IMG/VR virus record: IMGVR_UViG_3300041964_000099
Span: 1 to 64,000 of that record
Strand: one strand, 5' to 3'
Origin: a virus
Length of the DNA: 64,000 nt
How positions within the stretch are numbered: the first letter of the stretch is position 1; every line of letters starts with the position of its first letter. The notes under the pieces are model-generated. The model ran no database searches and was not told where the DNA came from. It saw only the letters and a program-made list of their open reading frames with translations. Position numbers and translations under genes: made by a program. Shown here piece after piece: positions 9,303-18,333 of the stretch.

Positions 9303-9590
9303 TGATCAAACGATCAGCTCTGATGATCAAACGATCAGTGTCATTGATCAAACGATCATTGGTGCTGATCGTTTGATCAATGAGGCATACCTCAAACCCT
9401 TGCCAGAAGGCAGTTTGGGCGTTTCCCCCAATTATTTATCAATTATCTATCAATTTCTTTTCAAATAGAGAGAGAGAAAGGGCAGCCGACTTGCTTAAAA
9501 AACAGCTTCAACCCGCTTCGTTGCCAGAACTGACAGGTTTAATTACGGCAGTGAGAGACACGGGTAAGGATCGCTTTTCCGCCGCGCAAA
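9303..9590 (+). pseudogene. frameshifted internal fragment of the replication initiator gene, including iterons
   Basis: Colinear DNA and protein similarity to 59213-59500: DQTI repeats, CCCCCAATT, AGAGAGAGAGAAAG, GCTTCGTTGCC, ACACGGGT, TTCCGCCGCGC; split over two frames. Confidence 0.8.
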
Positions 9591-9661
9591 TTTTGTGTAA
9601 AACCAGCCTTCGATCACTTTCGAGTCTACGAAGGCTGGATGCCCATTAAGTCAAAACAAGC

Positions 9662-10216
9662 ATGAACAATATACACGAGACGATCGCCACACTGCGGGCT
9701 GAAATCACGGCACTACGCAGAGAAAATGCACTACTCAAAGACATGGCGCTTCGTGATGCGCTGACCGGAATCTACAACCGTCGCATGTTTGACGTGCGGC
9801 TGGAAGCAGAATGGTCGCGAGCGCAGCGCCAAGCTACACAGATATCGATCTTGATGATCGATATCGATCACTTCAAGCGCTTTAACGATCAGCACGGGCA
9901 TGTTGCGGGCGATCGACTGCTGCATCAACTGGCAGCCGCGTGGAGCTGCATCAAAATGCGCGGGAATGATCTGCTGACTCGCTACGGCGGAGAAGAATTT
10001 GCAGTGATTTTGCCTGATACGACTCTTGTAGGAGCGACAAAGCTGGCCGATCGCCTGCGAATGGTGGCTGAGGCGCAAGGAATAACAGTATCCATTGGGA
10101 TCGCAGCGATCAAGCCGACCGTGAACAATGACCCGCGAATTTTGCTGGCACAAGCTGACCAAGCGCTGTACACGGCAAAGCAGTCTGGGCGCAATCGAGC
10201 CGTCTGCTACAGTTGA
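9662..10216 (+). CDS. stand-alone diguanylate cyclase (GGDEF domain) with N-terminal coiled coil
   Basis: DALTGIYNRR, MIDIDHFKRFND, HVAGD, RYGGEEF, TVSIG, ADQALYTAKQSGRN; RxxD I-site (RGND). Confidence 0.95.
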   Translation: MNNIHETIATLRAEITALRRENALLKDMALRDALTGIYNRRMFDVRLEAEWSRAQRQATQISILMIDIDHFKRFNDQHGHVAGDRLLHQLAAAWSCIKMRGNDLLTRYGGEEFAVILPDTTLVGATKLADRLRMVAEAQGITVSIGIAAIKPTVNNDPRILLAQADQALYTAKQSGRNRAVCYS

Positions 10217-10378
10217 CGATCGCCCGTCAGCATAAGTACAAATGAACTATCAATAAAAATTCAACCCGTTGAATCAAAAGGTAGTAATCCCCTGAAGAAC
10301 AAACGCGATCGACAACGCGAGAACTCCCGCTGGCACATCGACTGGCCTCGATCGCCTGCTCATTAGAGCAATCAACAC

Positions 10379-10410
10379 ACCCACTGCACTTCCGCAGTGG
10401 GTTCTTTTTT
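10379..10410 (+). terminator. hairpin plus T-tract directly upstream of the RGSGR peptide gene
   Basis: ACCCACTGC-ACTTCC-GCAGTGGGT followed by TCTTTTTT. Confidence 0.55.
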
Positions 10411-10424
10411 ATGGAGACCCCAAA

Positions 10425-10568
10425 ATGCGTTCCACAACAACCCTAATTGTCTCAGTTGCATTTGGCCTCTCTAGCCTATTCGGGCTTCCAAGTAGCGCTA
10501 ATGCTGAGACTCAACCCCCTCAACAGCAGACCGAGACCCCTTCGTTGTATCGAGGTAGCGGTCGCTAA
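10425..10568 (+). CDS. 47-aa secreted PatX/PatS-like peptide ending in RGSGR (not in the ORF track)
   Basis: GGAG RBS 8 nt upstream; MRSTTTLIVSVAFGLSSLFGLPSSANA-ETQPPQQQTETPSLYRGSGR*; hydrophobic signal, A-N-A cleavage motif, terminal RGSGR. Confidence 0.8.
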   Translation: MRSTTTLIVSVAFGLSSLFGLPSSANAETQPPQQQTETPSLYRGSGR

Positions 10569-10656
10569 TTCACGATGAAAATCAGTGCTGTCGGCTGTCA
10601 AAGCTGATGGCACTGATTAATGCCAGTCGATCGAAAATAGCAGCGAAACAAGCTTT

Positions 10657-11331
10657 ATGCTAAACACTGTCAACATTATTGGGGGGGAAGCTGGCTATCA
10701 AACTGATCCTTTCCCCCAGACTTCCTATTGGAAAAGCGACGCTGAATCACATGATGGAATTTTTTGTCTCACGGATGTGACAAAAAAGAAAGATGCTGCG
10801 AAAGAGCGTTATCAACTTATCCGTCTACAGCCTGCCTGGTCAGACATGGCTTGGAATGAAGACTACGTGATTGGATCAGAAGCACTCAACTTGGCTACAA
10901 AAGTCACAAGGCTATCACTTTCCTTCAACGCTGTTTTTCTTCAGCCTGATAGTCGAAGGTTCGACGGCTACAAAGCAAATGTGCGTGTCAGATTAAATAT
11001 TCCAGATGTAACCCAGCTCGATCGATATGAGCTGAGTAGCAATGAATCTGGGCATCAGCTTTGGGAGCCTGATGCGATGCTGAAGGCACAGCAGTTAATC
11101 GACTGGTACAGGCGCGAGCGCGAGCGATCGAAGCTGCCAGATGCCGTGGGGCCAGCCGCCGCCACCAGCGTTATTGATGCTTCCAGCCTGTTGCAGTCGC
11201 GCTTTTACCACGGCAATCCGATGGCTAAGCAGCCGATCGAGAAACAATGCTGGCTAGTCTTTGACTCCAGCAAAAGCCTAGAAGATATGGAGCTAATTCC
11301 ATATCTTGATTACGTCTACGATCAAATCTAA
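10657..11331 (+). CDS. hypothetical protein
   Basis: 224-aa ORF. Confidence 0.7.
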   Translation: MLNTVNIIGGEAGYQTDPFPQTSYWKSDAESHDGIFCLTDVTKKKDAAKERYQLIRLQPAWSDMAWNEDYVIGSEALNLATKVTRLSLSFNAVFLQPDSRRFDGYKANVRVRLNIPDVTQLDRYELSSNESGHQLWEPDAMLKAQQLIDWYRRERERSKLPDAVGPAAATSVIDASSLLQSRFYHGNPMAKQPIEKQCWLVFDSSKSLEDMELIPYLDYVYDQI

Positions 11332-11378
11332 TCCTGCTTAACCCGCCACGCGATCGCACTCTAACTCAACAACTGTTC

Positions 11379-11413
11379 ATCCCCGCTGCACTACCGCAGC
11401 GGGGATATTTTTT
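11379..11413 (+). terminator. hairpin plus T-tract abutting the next RBS
   Basis: ATCCCCGCTGC-ACTACC-GCAGCGGGGAT, then ATTTTTT GGAGG. Confidence 0.55.
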
Positions 11414-11422
11414 GGAGGTTCT

Positions 11423-11959
11423 ATGAGCTTGAGAGATTATCCAGAAGCCGTGTTTTGGTCAAATGACCAGATCGCCGCATGGCGGCAAGAAATGTGGGAA
11501 GCCTTGCAGCCTGAAGCCTTTCGAGCGTGGCTGCAACAATTTCCACCAGAAACAGTGATTGGCAGCGCTCATCACGTCGATCAGTGCCCCATTCATAACT
11601 ATCTAAATTCAGTTGTGCCCCATCTAGATCCTTGGGTTGGGCAAAACGCAATTTCTTGCCGATTCAGTCGGCCTTTCGTCCCGAACTGCAACATCATGAT
11701 GAACGGCCAAGATAGTCTTTATTACCTGGGCAAAATTACGCTCGGACGTTTAGGGGGTCGTGATGTGCCGCCTTGGGTTTCTGAGTTCATCCGGCTCATA
11801 GACGACAAATTCATGAACCACACCGAAGACTACAAACGGTGGTGCGCTAATACGCTGGCGATCGACATCACAAAACATTTCTGGCCTGTGACAGCGGCCA
11901 ACGCGATCGAAGCGCTGGATGAAGTGCTGGCCCGCAGAAAGGAGTCTGTCAATGTCTGA
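11423..11959 (+). CDS. hypothetical protein
   Basis: GGAGG RBS; 178 aa. Confidence 0.7.
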   Translation: MSLRDYPEAVFWSNDQIAAWRQEMWEALQPEAFRAWLQQFPPETVIGSAHHVDQCPIHNYLNSVVPHLDPWVGQNAISCRFSRPFVPNCNIMMNGQDSLYYLGKITLGRLGGRDVPPWVSEFIRLIDDKFMNHTEDYKRWCANTLAIDITKHFWPVTAANAIEALDEVLARRKESVNV

Positions 11960-12680
11960 GACAGCTACCGAAGCTCGCTTCGCTGTTGATATTGTCAGCG
12001 TGCTGGCTCTGGCATCCGTCAGCCTGCACGAGTGGGCAGGATTTGATGACTACGATCCAACCAGCAAATCGCTCAGGCTTCTAAACATTGATCCCGTTCG
12101 ACGTAGCAACCCGATCGATGCCATTCTCAGATTTCCTGAAGATGTCTACTTCATCTTTGTCGAAAATTTAGGCGGCATTGGCGCAGTAGGCCAGTCAAAC
12201 CGCCAAGTTTTTCTAGAAGCGTATGAGTGCCCTGGCGTTCATACAGTACGCTGCGACAATGGAGATTGCGATATCGCGATTCGCTTAGAAGCCATCACAC
12301 AAGAGATGGTTGAGACGATCGTTGCGCTCGAAGACTGTTCAATCCTGGATGAATCTGTGTGGAGCGACTTTGAGGCCGAAGCTCGCGACAACAGTTGGGA
12401 TAGCTGGGTCAGATGGAATTTTGAGCGCGATCTTTGCTCTCGCCTGTCTACTGATGACATCGCAGTAGAAGTAGAAGGCGAACTGCAACCCTTGTTTGAA
12501 CAGTTGCGCGAGCAGGCTGGCGAACAGTGGGAGTATAACGAGCAAGACAATTCTTGCTCAATCAATATCAGCGCCATCGTCAAAATCGCGACGATCGATC
12601 GATTGCTGGACTATCGCGGCATTGATGCCACACTTGATGATGGGATGGTCACTTTCACTTTTCCAGAAGTAGAAGGCTGA
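11952..12680 (+). CDS. acidic hypothetical protein
   Basis: Probable ATG 11952 after GGAG; ORF from 11919. Confidence 0.7.
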   Translation: MSETATEARFAVDIVSVLALASVSLHEWAGFDDYDPTSKSLRLLNIDPVRRSNPIDAILRFPEDVYFIFVENLGGIGAVGQSNRQVFLEAYECPGVHTVRCDNGDCDIAIRLEAITQEMVETIVALEDCSILDESVWSDFEAEARDNSWDSWVRWNFERDLCSRLSTDDIAVEVEGELQPLFEQLREQAGEQWEYNEQDNSCSINISAIVKIATIDRLLDYRGIDATLDDGMVTFTFPEVEG

Positions 12681-12784
12681 TCTTCTTCACATCTCCTGCG
12701 GACAAGCGCGGGAGGGCTACATTTCGATCTCCAATTTCAGAGCCAGCAGCTTGCCCACTGCTGGTTTTTTTATGGTCAAAATTC

Positions 12785-13099
12785 ATGAAAGAGAAACTAG
12801 AACAGCGATACCCGCATACATGCGAATTGGATTACGAATTGGTGCTGTACGACGGTATGGGACGTTTGACGATTGAAACTGGCTCATACCTGCAATTGCG
12901 CCTCATAGCGGCTGTGTTCATCCAGCAGCATCGGAAACCTCGTCAGCCCACAATCAAAAATCGCGGCTGGGAATGGAATTTGCCCAAAGGCATCCTTGAA
13001 ATCCACTGCATTACGCCAGCAGAGCCGATCGACTGGGATGTACTGCTGGATTTTGTCGATGATGCCGCCTTGGAGCTGTTTGACGTTGTTTATCCATAG
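12785..13099 (+). CDS. hypothetical protein
   Basis: 104-aa co-oriented ORF. Confidence 0.6.
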   Translation: MKEKLEQRYPHTCELDYELVLYDGMGRLTIETGSYLQLRLIAAVFIQQHRKPRQPTIKNRGWEWNLPKGILEIHCITPAEPIDWDVLLDFVDDAALELFDVVYP

Positions 13100-13111
13100 G
13101 GAGAGAGCGTT

Positions 13112-13582
13112 ATGTCCGATCGCAAAGGTGCGCAAAAAGCCGCGCAGGAAGTTGCAAACCTGTACATCGAAATGCGGCATCAAGCAGTATCCCCTTCAGA
13201 AATTTGCGACTGTCTGCGGCGAGCGCAAATGCTGTATGAGCGCTACAGCAGCTCTGCCAGCGAGTATGACTTCTCAGTAGCAGAGATGAAAATTGACGCG
13301 CTGTGGTGGGAGCTGCGCGTTATTCCGTGGCCCACCGATCCAATCTGGAAGCGGCGAAACTCCCCTTACTTTGGCAGACAAGGCGAATTCAAACGCATAG
13401 AAGATCTGAACGAAGGGGAGATGTTTCGTGCAGAGGATACAAACCAACTGTCGATCGTCACTCACACAACAGCCTCTCGATTGACCGTGTGTGATATCGG
13501 AACGAACGGCCCCAAAGCTAAAGCAACCGTGCTGGCTTATCGAGACTTCTACTATATCCGGGTCTTGGCGCATAAGCCCTAG
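13112..13582 (+). CDS. hypothetical protein
   Basis: GGGAGAG RBS; 156 aa. Confidence 0.6.
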   Translation: MSDRKGAQKAAQEVANLYIEMRHQAVSPSEICDCLRRAQMLYERYSSSASEYDFSVAEMKIDALWWELRVIPWPTDPIWKRRNSPYFGRQGEFKRIEDLNEGEMFRAEDTNQLSIVTHTTASRLTVCDIGTNGPKAKATVLAYRDFYYIRVLAHKP

Positions 13583-13640
13583 CCGTCTGAACAATGCCCT
13601 TTTCTAGGGGCCAACAAACCTTCTAATTACTAACAACAAC

Positions 13641-14519
13641 ATGGAACGTTCTCTCATGGAGCGTGATCTTGCGATCACGCTCATTTCCGAGTCTCTATCC
13701 TCAGAAATCGAGCAAAGTTTTCAGAGTAGCACCTCTGCTTACTCTGAACTTCTCAGCAGAGAAGAAAATTCAGCGCTCTCGCGCTACTTCAGCCAGCAAG
13801 ACTTGACAGAATCAATGCCTCGGATGCTAGCCGACTTCAAAATAGACATCGAACCAGTCATGATTGATGCGATCAAACTGGTTAAAAAAATCACCGAGCA
13901 ATTCGATAGTGCATGGCGCAAAAAATTCACTTTTGAACAGCTCTATGAGCTTGACAGGTATGCAGCGCACAGTGCATTACTCGGTGCGCTCGGCCACGGA
14001 GTTTGCGCAAGCGATCGACCACACATTAGCGCTTATTTTGCGGCATTCGGCATTGAAGAACCACGATGCAACTTCGAGAGCCTAGAGACCTTTGAAATCG
14101 CGGCTGAAGTGGTCTGCCGTCTAATGCTGGAGACGCGATCGACTAAGGTTTTATCCACGGGGCCATACACGACCCTGGCGATCGATGCAGATGGCGATTT
14201 GGTCATTGTGGTCAGGCCAGACGTTCTGGTAGAAATCGAATCCCTACTGGCAAAACCAGAGGCCGAAGCGATCGGCGAGCTGCTGGAATATCACATCAGC
14301 AATGGTTGGGAGTCGCTTAACCCCGACGACATCAACGCCTTAGTGGGTGAAACAGCGGTAATCCTCTCCGACGAGGTTGAGCGGGACGATCGCGGCGATT
14401 TGGTCAAGGTGGGTCGCATCTTCTGGCACACCAATTACCAGTTTGAATCGTTTGTGAAAAAACTTCTGATTGACGGCAGCGTGTGGCTTTTCGCGCCTGA
14501 AGAAGTAAAAGCAGCATAA
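13641..14519 (+). CDS. hypothetical protein
   Basis: 292-aa co-oriented ORF. Confidence 0.7.
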   Translation: MERSLMERDLAITLISESLSSEIEQSFQSSTSAYSELLSREENSALSRYFSQQDLTESMPRMLADFKIDIEPVMIDAIKLVKKITEQFDSAWRKKFTFEQLYELDRYAAHSALLGALGHGVCASDRPHISAYFAAFGIEEPRCNFESLETFEIAAEVVCRLMLETRSTKVLSTGPYTTLAIDADGDLVIVVRPDVLVEIESLLAKPEAEAIGELLEYHISNGWESLNPDDINALVGETAVILSDEVERDDRGDLVKVGRIFWHTNYQFESFVKKLLIDGSVWLFAPEEVKAA

Positions 14520-14557
14520 CTCTAAAATCTGTAAAGCCTTCTCAACCCACAAACCTC

Positions 14558-15079
14558 ATGGCTGACTATGCAATTTGTGATGGTGCTGGCATCACCATCA
14601 CAATCGATCACCAAAAGGATCAAATTGTTGTGAACCTGCCCAAGAAGCCAAAACGCTTTATGCAGGACAATCTGCACAGCACCGGCCTTGTGCGCAGGAA
14701 CGGCTCAGACTCTCGCGAGTGGTACGCCAAGTACAACTTCGAGCATTTTGTTCGCGTTCATGCGGTGCTGGGCGTGCCTCTTGTGCCACCGCACGCCATC
14801 CAGGTCGCCGACATGCTGCGACAAAAAAGAGGCGCTTCCAAGCGACCTATGCTATTTGTCCTGGTGCTAGAGCGGCGCTGGGCCTTCGTCAAGAACGACC
14901 TCCCACCGGAAGAAAGGCTAAAGCTGGAAATTTTCAATGAAGGCTTCGTTGAGCCACGGATTCGCAACAAACCAGCCAGCGGCGATCGCTGGTTCGCCCG
15001 TACTAGCCGACTGCTCAAAACTGTGCAGCTTGGCAGAAGTCACTACGACATTTTCGAGTTGAGCAAACTACCACTATGA
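14558..15079 (+). CDS. hypothetical protein
   Basis: 173 aa; overlaps next start (ATGA). Confidence 0.65.
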   Translation: MADYAICDGAGITITIDHQKDQIVVNLPKKPKRFMQDNLHSTGLVRRNGSDSREWYAKYNFEHFVRVHAVLGVPLVPPHAIQVADMLRQKRGASKRPMLFVLVLERRWAFVKNDLPPEERLKLEIFNEGFVEPRIRNKPASGDRWFARTSRLLKTVQLGRSHYDIFELSKLPL

Positions 15080-15510
15080 GCCAAAAACATCAGAAACAAA
15101 TTGCTTCCTTTCTGGGGTATCAGGTAGAGCCGCTGGGCTGGATCTTTGACCAGTGCGATACGTTAGTCGGCACGATCGATGAAACGCCTGATGCGACGAT
15201 CAGCGCTGCTGCGACTCATGATCTAATGGTCGAACTGCATCCTGAAATTGAACCGGCCCCCGGAGAAAGAGGCAGTTTCGGAACGTACTACCGCATGGCC
15301 CTGGCCCTGGCCGCCAAGGGATATCGCGTCATTGACGCAGAAGGCTGGCGGCGCAAAGAAAACAGCAGCTACTCGATTTTAGATCTGCCCCCATCAACAG
15401 CAGAAACGATCGAGCTGCGGTTTGAAGACGGCAGAACGATGACAGCTTTGCTGCTGCCACAGGTAAAAGTTGCCGCGTTACCGGCGTACAACGCCTCCGT
15501 TGAAAACTAG
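15076..15510 (+). CDS. hypothetical protein
   Basis: 144 aa; translationally coupled. Confidence 0.65.
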   Translation: MSQKHQKQIASFLGYQVEPLGWIFDQCDTLVGTIDETPDATISAAATHDLMVELHPEIEPAPGERGSFGTYYRMALALAAKGYRVIDAEGWRRKENSSYSILDLPPSTAETIELRFEDGRTMTALLLPQVKVAALPAYNASVEN

Positions 15511-15549
15511 AACAGGCGTTCTATACTTGACAGGAAAATCACAAAATTT

Positions 15550-16116
15550 ATGCCGAAACTAACTGACCTTTCCCCAGAGCAGCGGCTTGCACTGTATGAC
15601 TATCGGGCTGAATGGCTCAAGCTTGAGTTAAAGCCTGACCCTGAGATTCGCACTTGGAAAGCTCAGCTTCTTGCCGACTGGCTAGAGGCCAAATATTTCT
15701 GGACGCACTGGCAAGAAGGCCCGCGCAACTATCTATTGCAGCGCATTCGCAACCAGTACGGCCCAACGTGGCTAGACAAGCTGAAAGAATCAGAGTTCGA
15801 TCAGCCGCTTTTCAGTTTTGATGAAATCGTAGCTGAGCTGAGCAAGTACAGCTACGAAGATTTGGATGAAATGGAAACGCTCAAAAGCGGGCAGTACAGC
15901 AACCTAAAAATCAAAACGCCGCATTATGCAGTGTGGCTCGATCGCTCCTCAATCACCGCGTACTTTGATGCTCTTGGGGATGATGCCCCAACACGAGTAG
16001 TCATTGTTGTAGCCCCTACAGGAGCGCGTCTAGGCTGCTATCTCGCATCAGGAGAGAACGACGGCTACAACTCTTATCGTCACAACATTCTTCAACAAGA
16101 AAACCAAAGGAGTTAA
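15550..16116 (+). CDS. two-module hypothetical protein
   Basis: 188 aa; N-terminal EQRLAL..TWK..L..W..RNQYGPTWL module. Confidence 0.65.
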   Translation: MPKLTDLSPEQRLALYDYRAEWLKLELKPDPEIRTWKAQLLADWLEAKYFWTHWQEGPRNYLLQRIRNQYGPTWLDKLKESEFDQPLFSFDEIVAELSKYSYEDLDEMETLKSGQYSNLKIKTPHYAVWLDRSSITAYFDALGDDAPTRVVIVVAPTGARLGCYLASGENDGYNSYRHNILQQENQRS

Positions 16117-16121
16117 TCATC

Positions 16122-17447
16122 ATGGCAATGTCACTAATAAACATTCTGGACAAGATTAACAGTGATGACTGGGAACAGCTAAGCATCTATGAGCTTGAAA
16201 ACGTTCAAGAGTGGGTGAATTTTGCAGCGCTTCTAACAAACGAAGAATGGATCGATCGCGTTGAAGCATTACTGGTTCAGTCAAGACAATGCACTTCAGC
16301 GCAATTTAGAGCAATGCTTCCAAAGCAGCAACCCAGTCTTGAGCAACTGATTGAAGCTGCTCGTGCCACTGCCGAGATAATTCAGGCGCAGAATTTGCTG
16401 AAACAGCAGCAAGAGGAGATGGAAGCTCAAGAGCAATTCGAGGCTGTCAAAACTGCGGCGATCGAGAAATTTAAGCTAAAGCTTCAAGCCGATGTTGCCC
16501 CTCATATTCTCGAAGCCATTGGAGTGCGCTACCAAGCAGAGCCAACCCTCGTTCATGGCAGCTATCAACCTGTTGCCCGTTTTCCACTAATTGACGAAGC
16601 CGGAACAGAGTGGAACGCAAAGCTAGTTTACGACGACTCAGATCTGCGGATACAGTGCCCAGACCTCAAGCAACCGCTATCGACGCGAAACGTAAACGAA
16701 TATTTGTGGAAAACCCTTCAACCGGCTGAAGGTTATTCCTGGAATCTATTTCTGCCGCTCCTGATCGATGAATGGAACCAACAGGTTAATGAGCTTAAGG
16801 CCAAGGCCGAACAGAAACGGCAACAGCAGGAAGAAAATCGCTTGCGCAAAGAGCAGCAAGCTGAAGAACAGGCAAAGCTTCACGCAATGGTTCGCGAGCA
16901 AGATGCGGAGATCGACGCAGTGGTAGACCCCCTGCTAGAGCAGGCTGAATGGAATCCAGCGATCGGCTCACCGCTAAAAGTGTATCTCTGGAAGTGGTGC
17001 AAGGGCGGTTTTTCCCATCAGCACGATGATGGGGAAAGCTTTGATTACGACCACGCATACACCGTCAGAGACACATTAGACGCACAAGGATATCTGCATG
17101 ATATCCAAACCGATCGCCACATCAAGCTTGATCCGCTGGTTCACAAGCCAGTGGTTGAGCGGCTAACTTTTGCCGATGCCCGATCGCTGCTGGCGAGATG
17201 GGAACGAACTTACAAGCTCAAGATCTATGGCATCCGAATCTGGCGGATTACAAGTAGGCCAGATGATTATCACTGGGTCTGGGCGAGTCCCGATTCCTAT
17301 GTTGAGGTTGATATCTGCGCTCCTCCCGACTGGCTACTCAAAGCGTTCATCCTGCCTCGGCCACAAGAGCGCATCGACCTGACGCCACCTCCCAACATAG
17401 AGCTAATTCCAAGGTCGGATCAGGAGTTTGACGACATTAACTTTTAG
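16122..17447 (+). CDS. hypothetical protein with coiled-coil segments
   Basis: 441 aa; GGAG RBS. Confidence 0.75.
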   Translation: MAMSLINILDKINSDDWEQLSIYELENVQEWVNFAALLTNEEWIDRVEALLVQSRQCTSAQFRAMLPKQQPSLEQLIEAARATAEIIQAQNLLKQQQEEMEAQEQFEAVKTAAIEKFKLKLQADVAPHILEAIGVRYQAEPTLVHGSYQPVARFPLIDEAGTEWNAKLVYDDSDLRIQCPDLKQPLSTRNVNEYLWKTLQPAEGYSWNLFLPLLIDEWNQQVNELKAKAEQKRQQQEENRLRKEQQAEEQAKLHAMVREQDAEIDAVVDPLLEQAEWNPAIGSPLKVYLWKWCKGGFSHQHDDGESFDYDHAYTVRDTLDAQGYLHDIQTDRHIKLDPLVHKPVVERLTFADARSLLARWERTYKLKIYGIRIWRITSRPDDYHWVWASPDSYVEVDICAPPDWLLKAFILPRPQERIDLTPPPNIELIPRSDQEFDDINF

Positions 17448-17449
17448 GT

Positions 17450-17481
17450 TGCAGTAGGGGCGATCGATCGCCCCTACTGCA
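17450..17481. repeat. perfect 32-bp palindrome centred on CGATCGATCG
   Basis: TGCAGTAGGGGCGATCGATCGCCCCTACTGCA. Confidence 0.9.
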
Positions 17482-17513
17482 CTCACAGTTAGAACACTCG
17501 AAGGATAGTCAGC

Positions 17514-17900
17514 ATGAGCAGCATTACTTTTCATCTAACAATCGAGCCAGAAACCGAACCAATTTCCTTTGACTCAGGCGACGCTAAGCGCGATCGTGCG
17601 CTTAAAACAAGACTTGAGAAAAGACTAGACGATGGCGATTTGTGGGCTTGGTGTGTGGTTGTGGTTACGGCTCGCTGCGGTGAGCTAGAAGGCTTCACCA
17701 CGTTAGGAGCTTGTTCTTATCGCGATGCAGAACAATTCAAAAAGGGTGGCTATCTCCAAAGCATGAAAGCGGATGCACTTACGGAGCTAAAGGCAAACGC
17801 TGATCGCATGAGATTGTCGCTGAGTGACTTCGACAGCGCCTATCCTGCCTTGCAATCACAAAAACCTGATGACTCGATCGAAGTCGAAGCAGGTATTTAG
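17514..17900 (+). CDS. phage/plasmid-type hypothetical protein
   Basis: 128 aa; WAWCVVVVTA...LGACSY. Confidence 0.65.
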   Translation: MSSITFHLTIEPETEPISFDSGDAKRDRALKTRLEKRLDDGDLWAWCVVVVTARCGELEGFTTLGACSYRDAEQFKKGGYLQSMKADALTELKANADRMRLSLSDFDSAYPALQSQKPDDSIEVEAGI

Positions 17901-17958
17901 CTGGCGATCGCCCCTAAATTCCTATTCCCACAACAGCAAAAAACCAGATAAACAAAAG

Positions 17959-18333
17959 ATGCTGCGACTTCAACTATCGTGCTGGTCAATCTACCAGGCT
18001 GACTGCCTGCGCCAAGGATTAGGAGCGATCGGTATTGAGCTTGATCAGCCGGAAAACTGGCAAAAGCTAGAGTCTCGGTTGCTTGACTCGCCTGATTTGG
18101 CAGATGAGAAATCGCCAGAAATCCATTATTGGATTGACAAGTTGAATCTATCCCAAATTGAGCAAGTCAAAAAAGCTGCCAGGGATTGCCATCTCAGCCT
18201 AAAAATAAAGCTTGGCGAATTGGAGTGGGTTGTGTGTTCACATCCGATCTATTTCCACGTCTGCGACCCTTCGCAGCCATCAAGTGAAAACACTTTAGAA
18301 GAAGGAGAACTACGAAATGAAAATCATCGCTAA
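17959..18333 (+). CDS. hypothetical protein
   Basis: Probable ATG 17959; ORF from 17824. Confidence 0.55.
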   Translation: MLRLQLSCWSIYQADCLRQGLGAIGIELDQPENWQKLESRLLDSPDLADEKSPEIHYWIDKLNLSQIEQVKKAARDCHLSLKIKLGELEWVVCSHPIYFHVCDPSQPSSENTLEEGELRNENHR

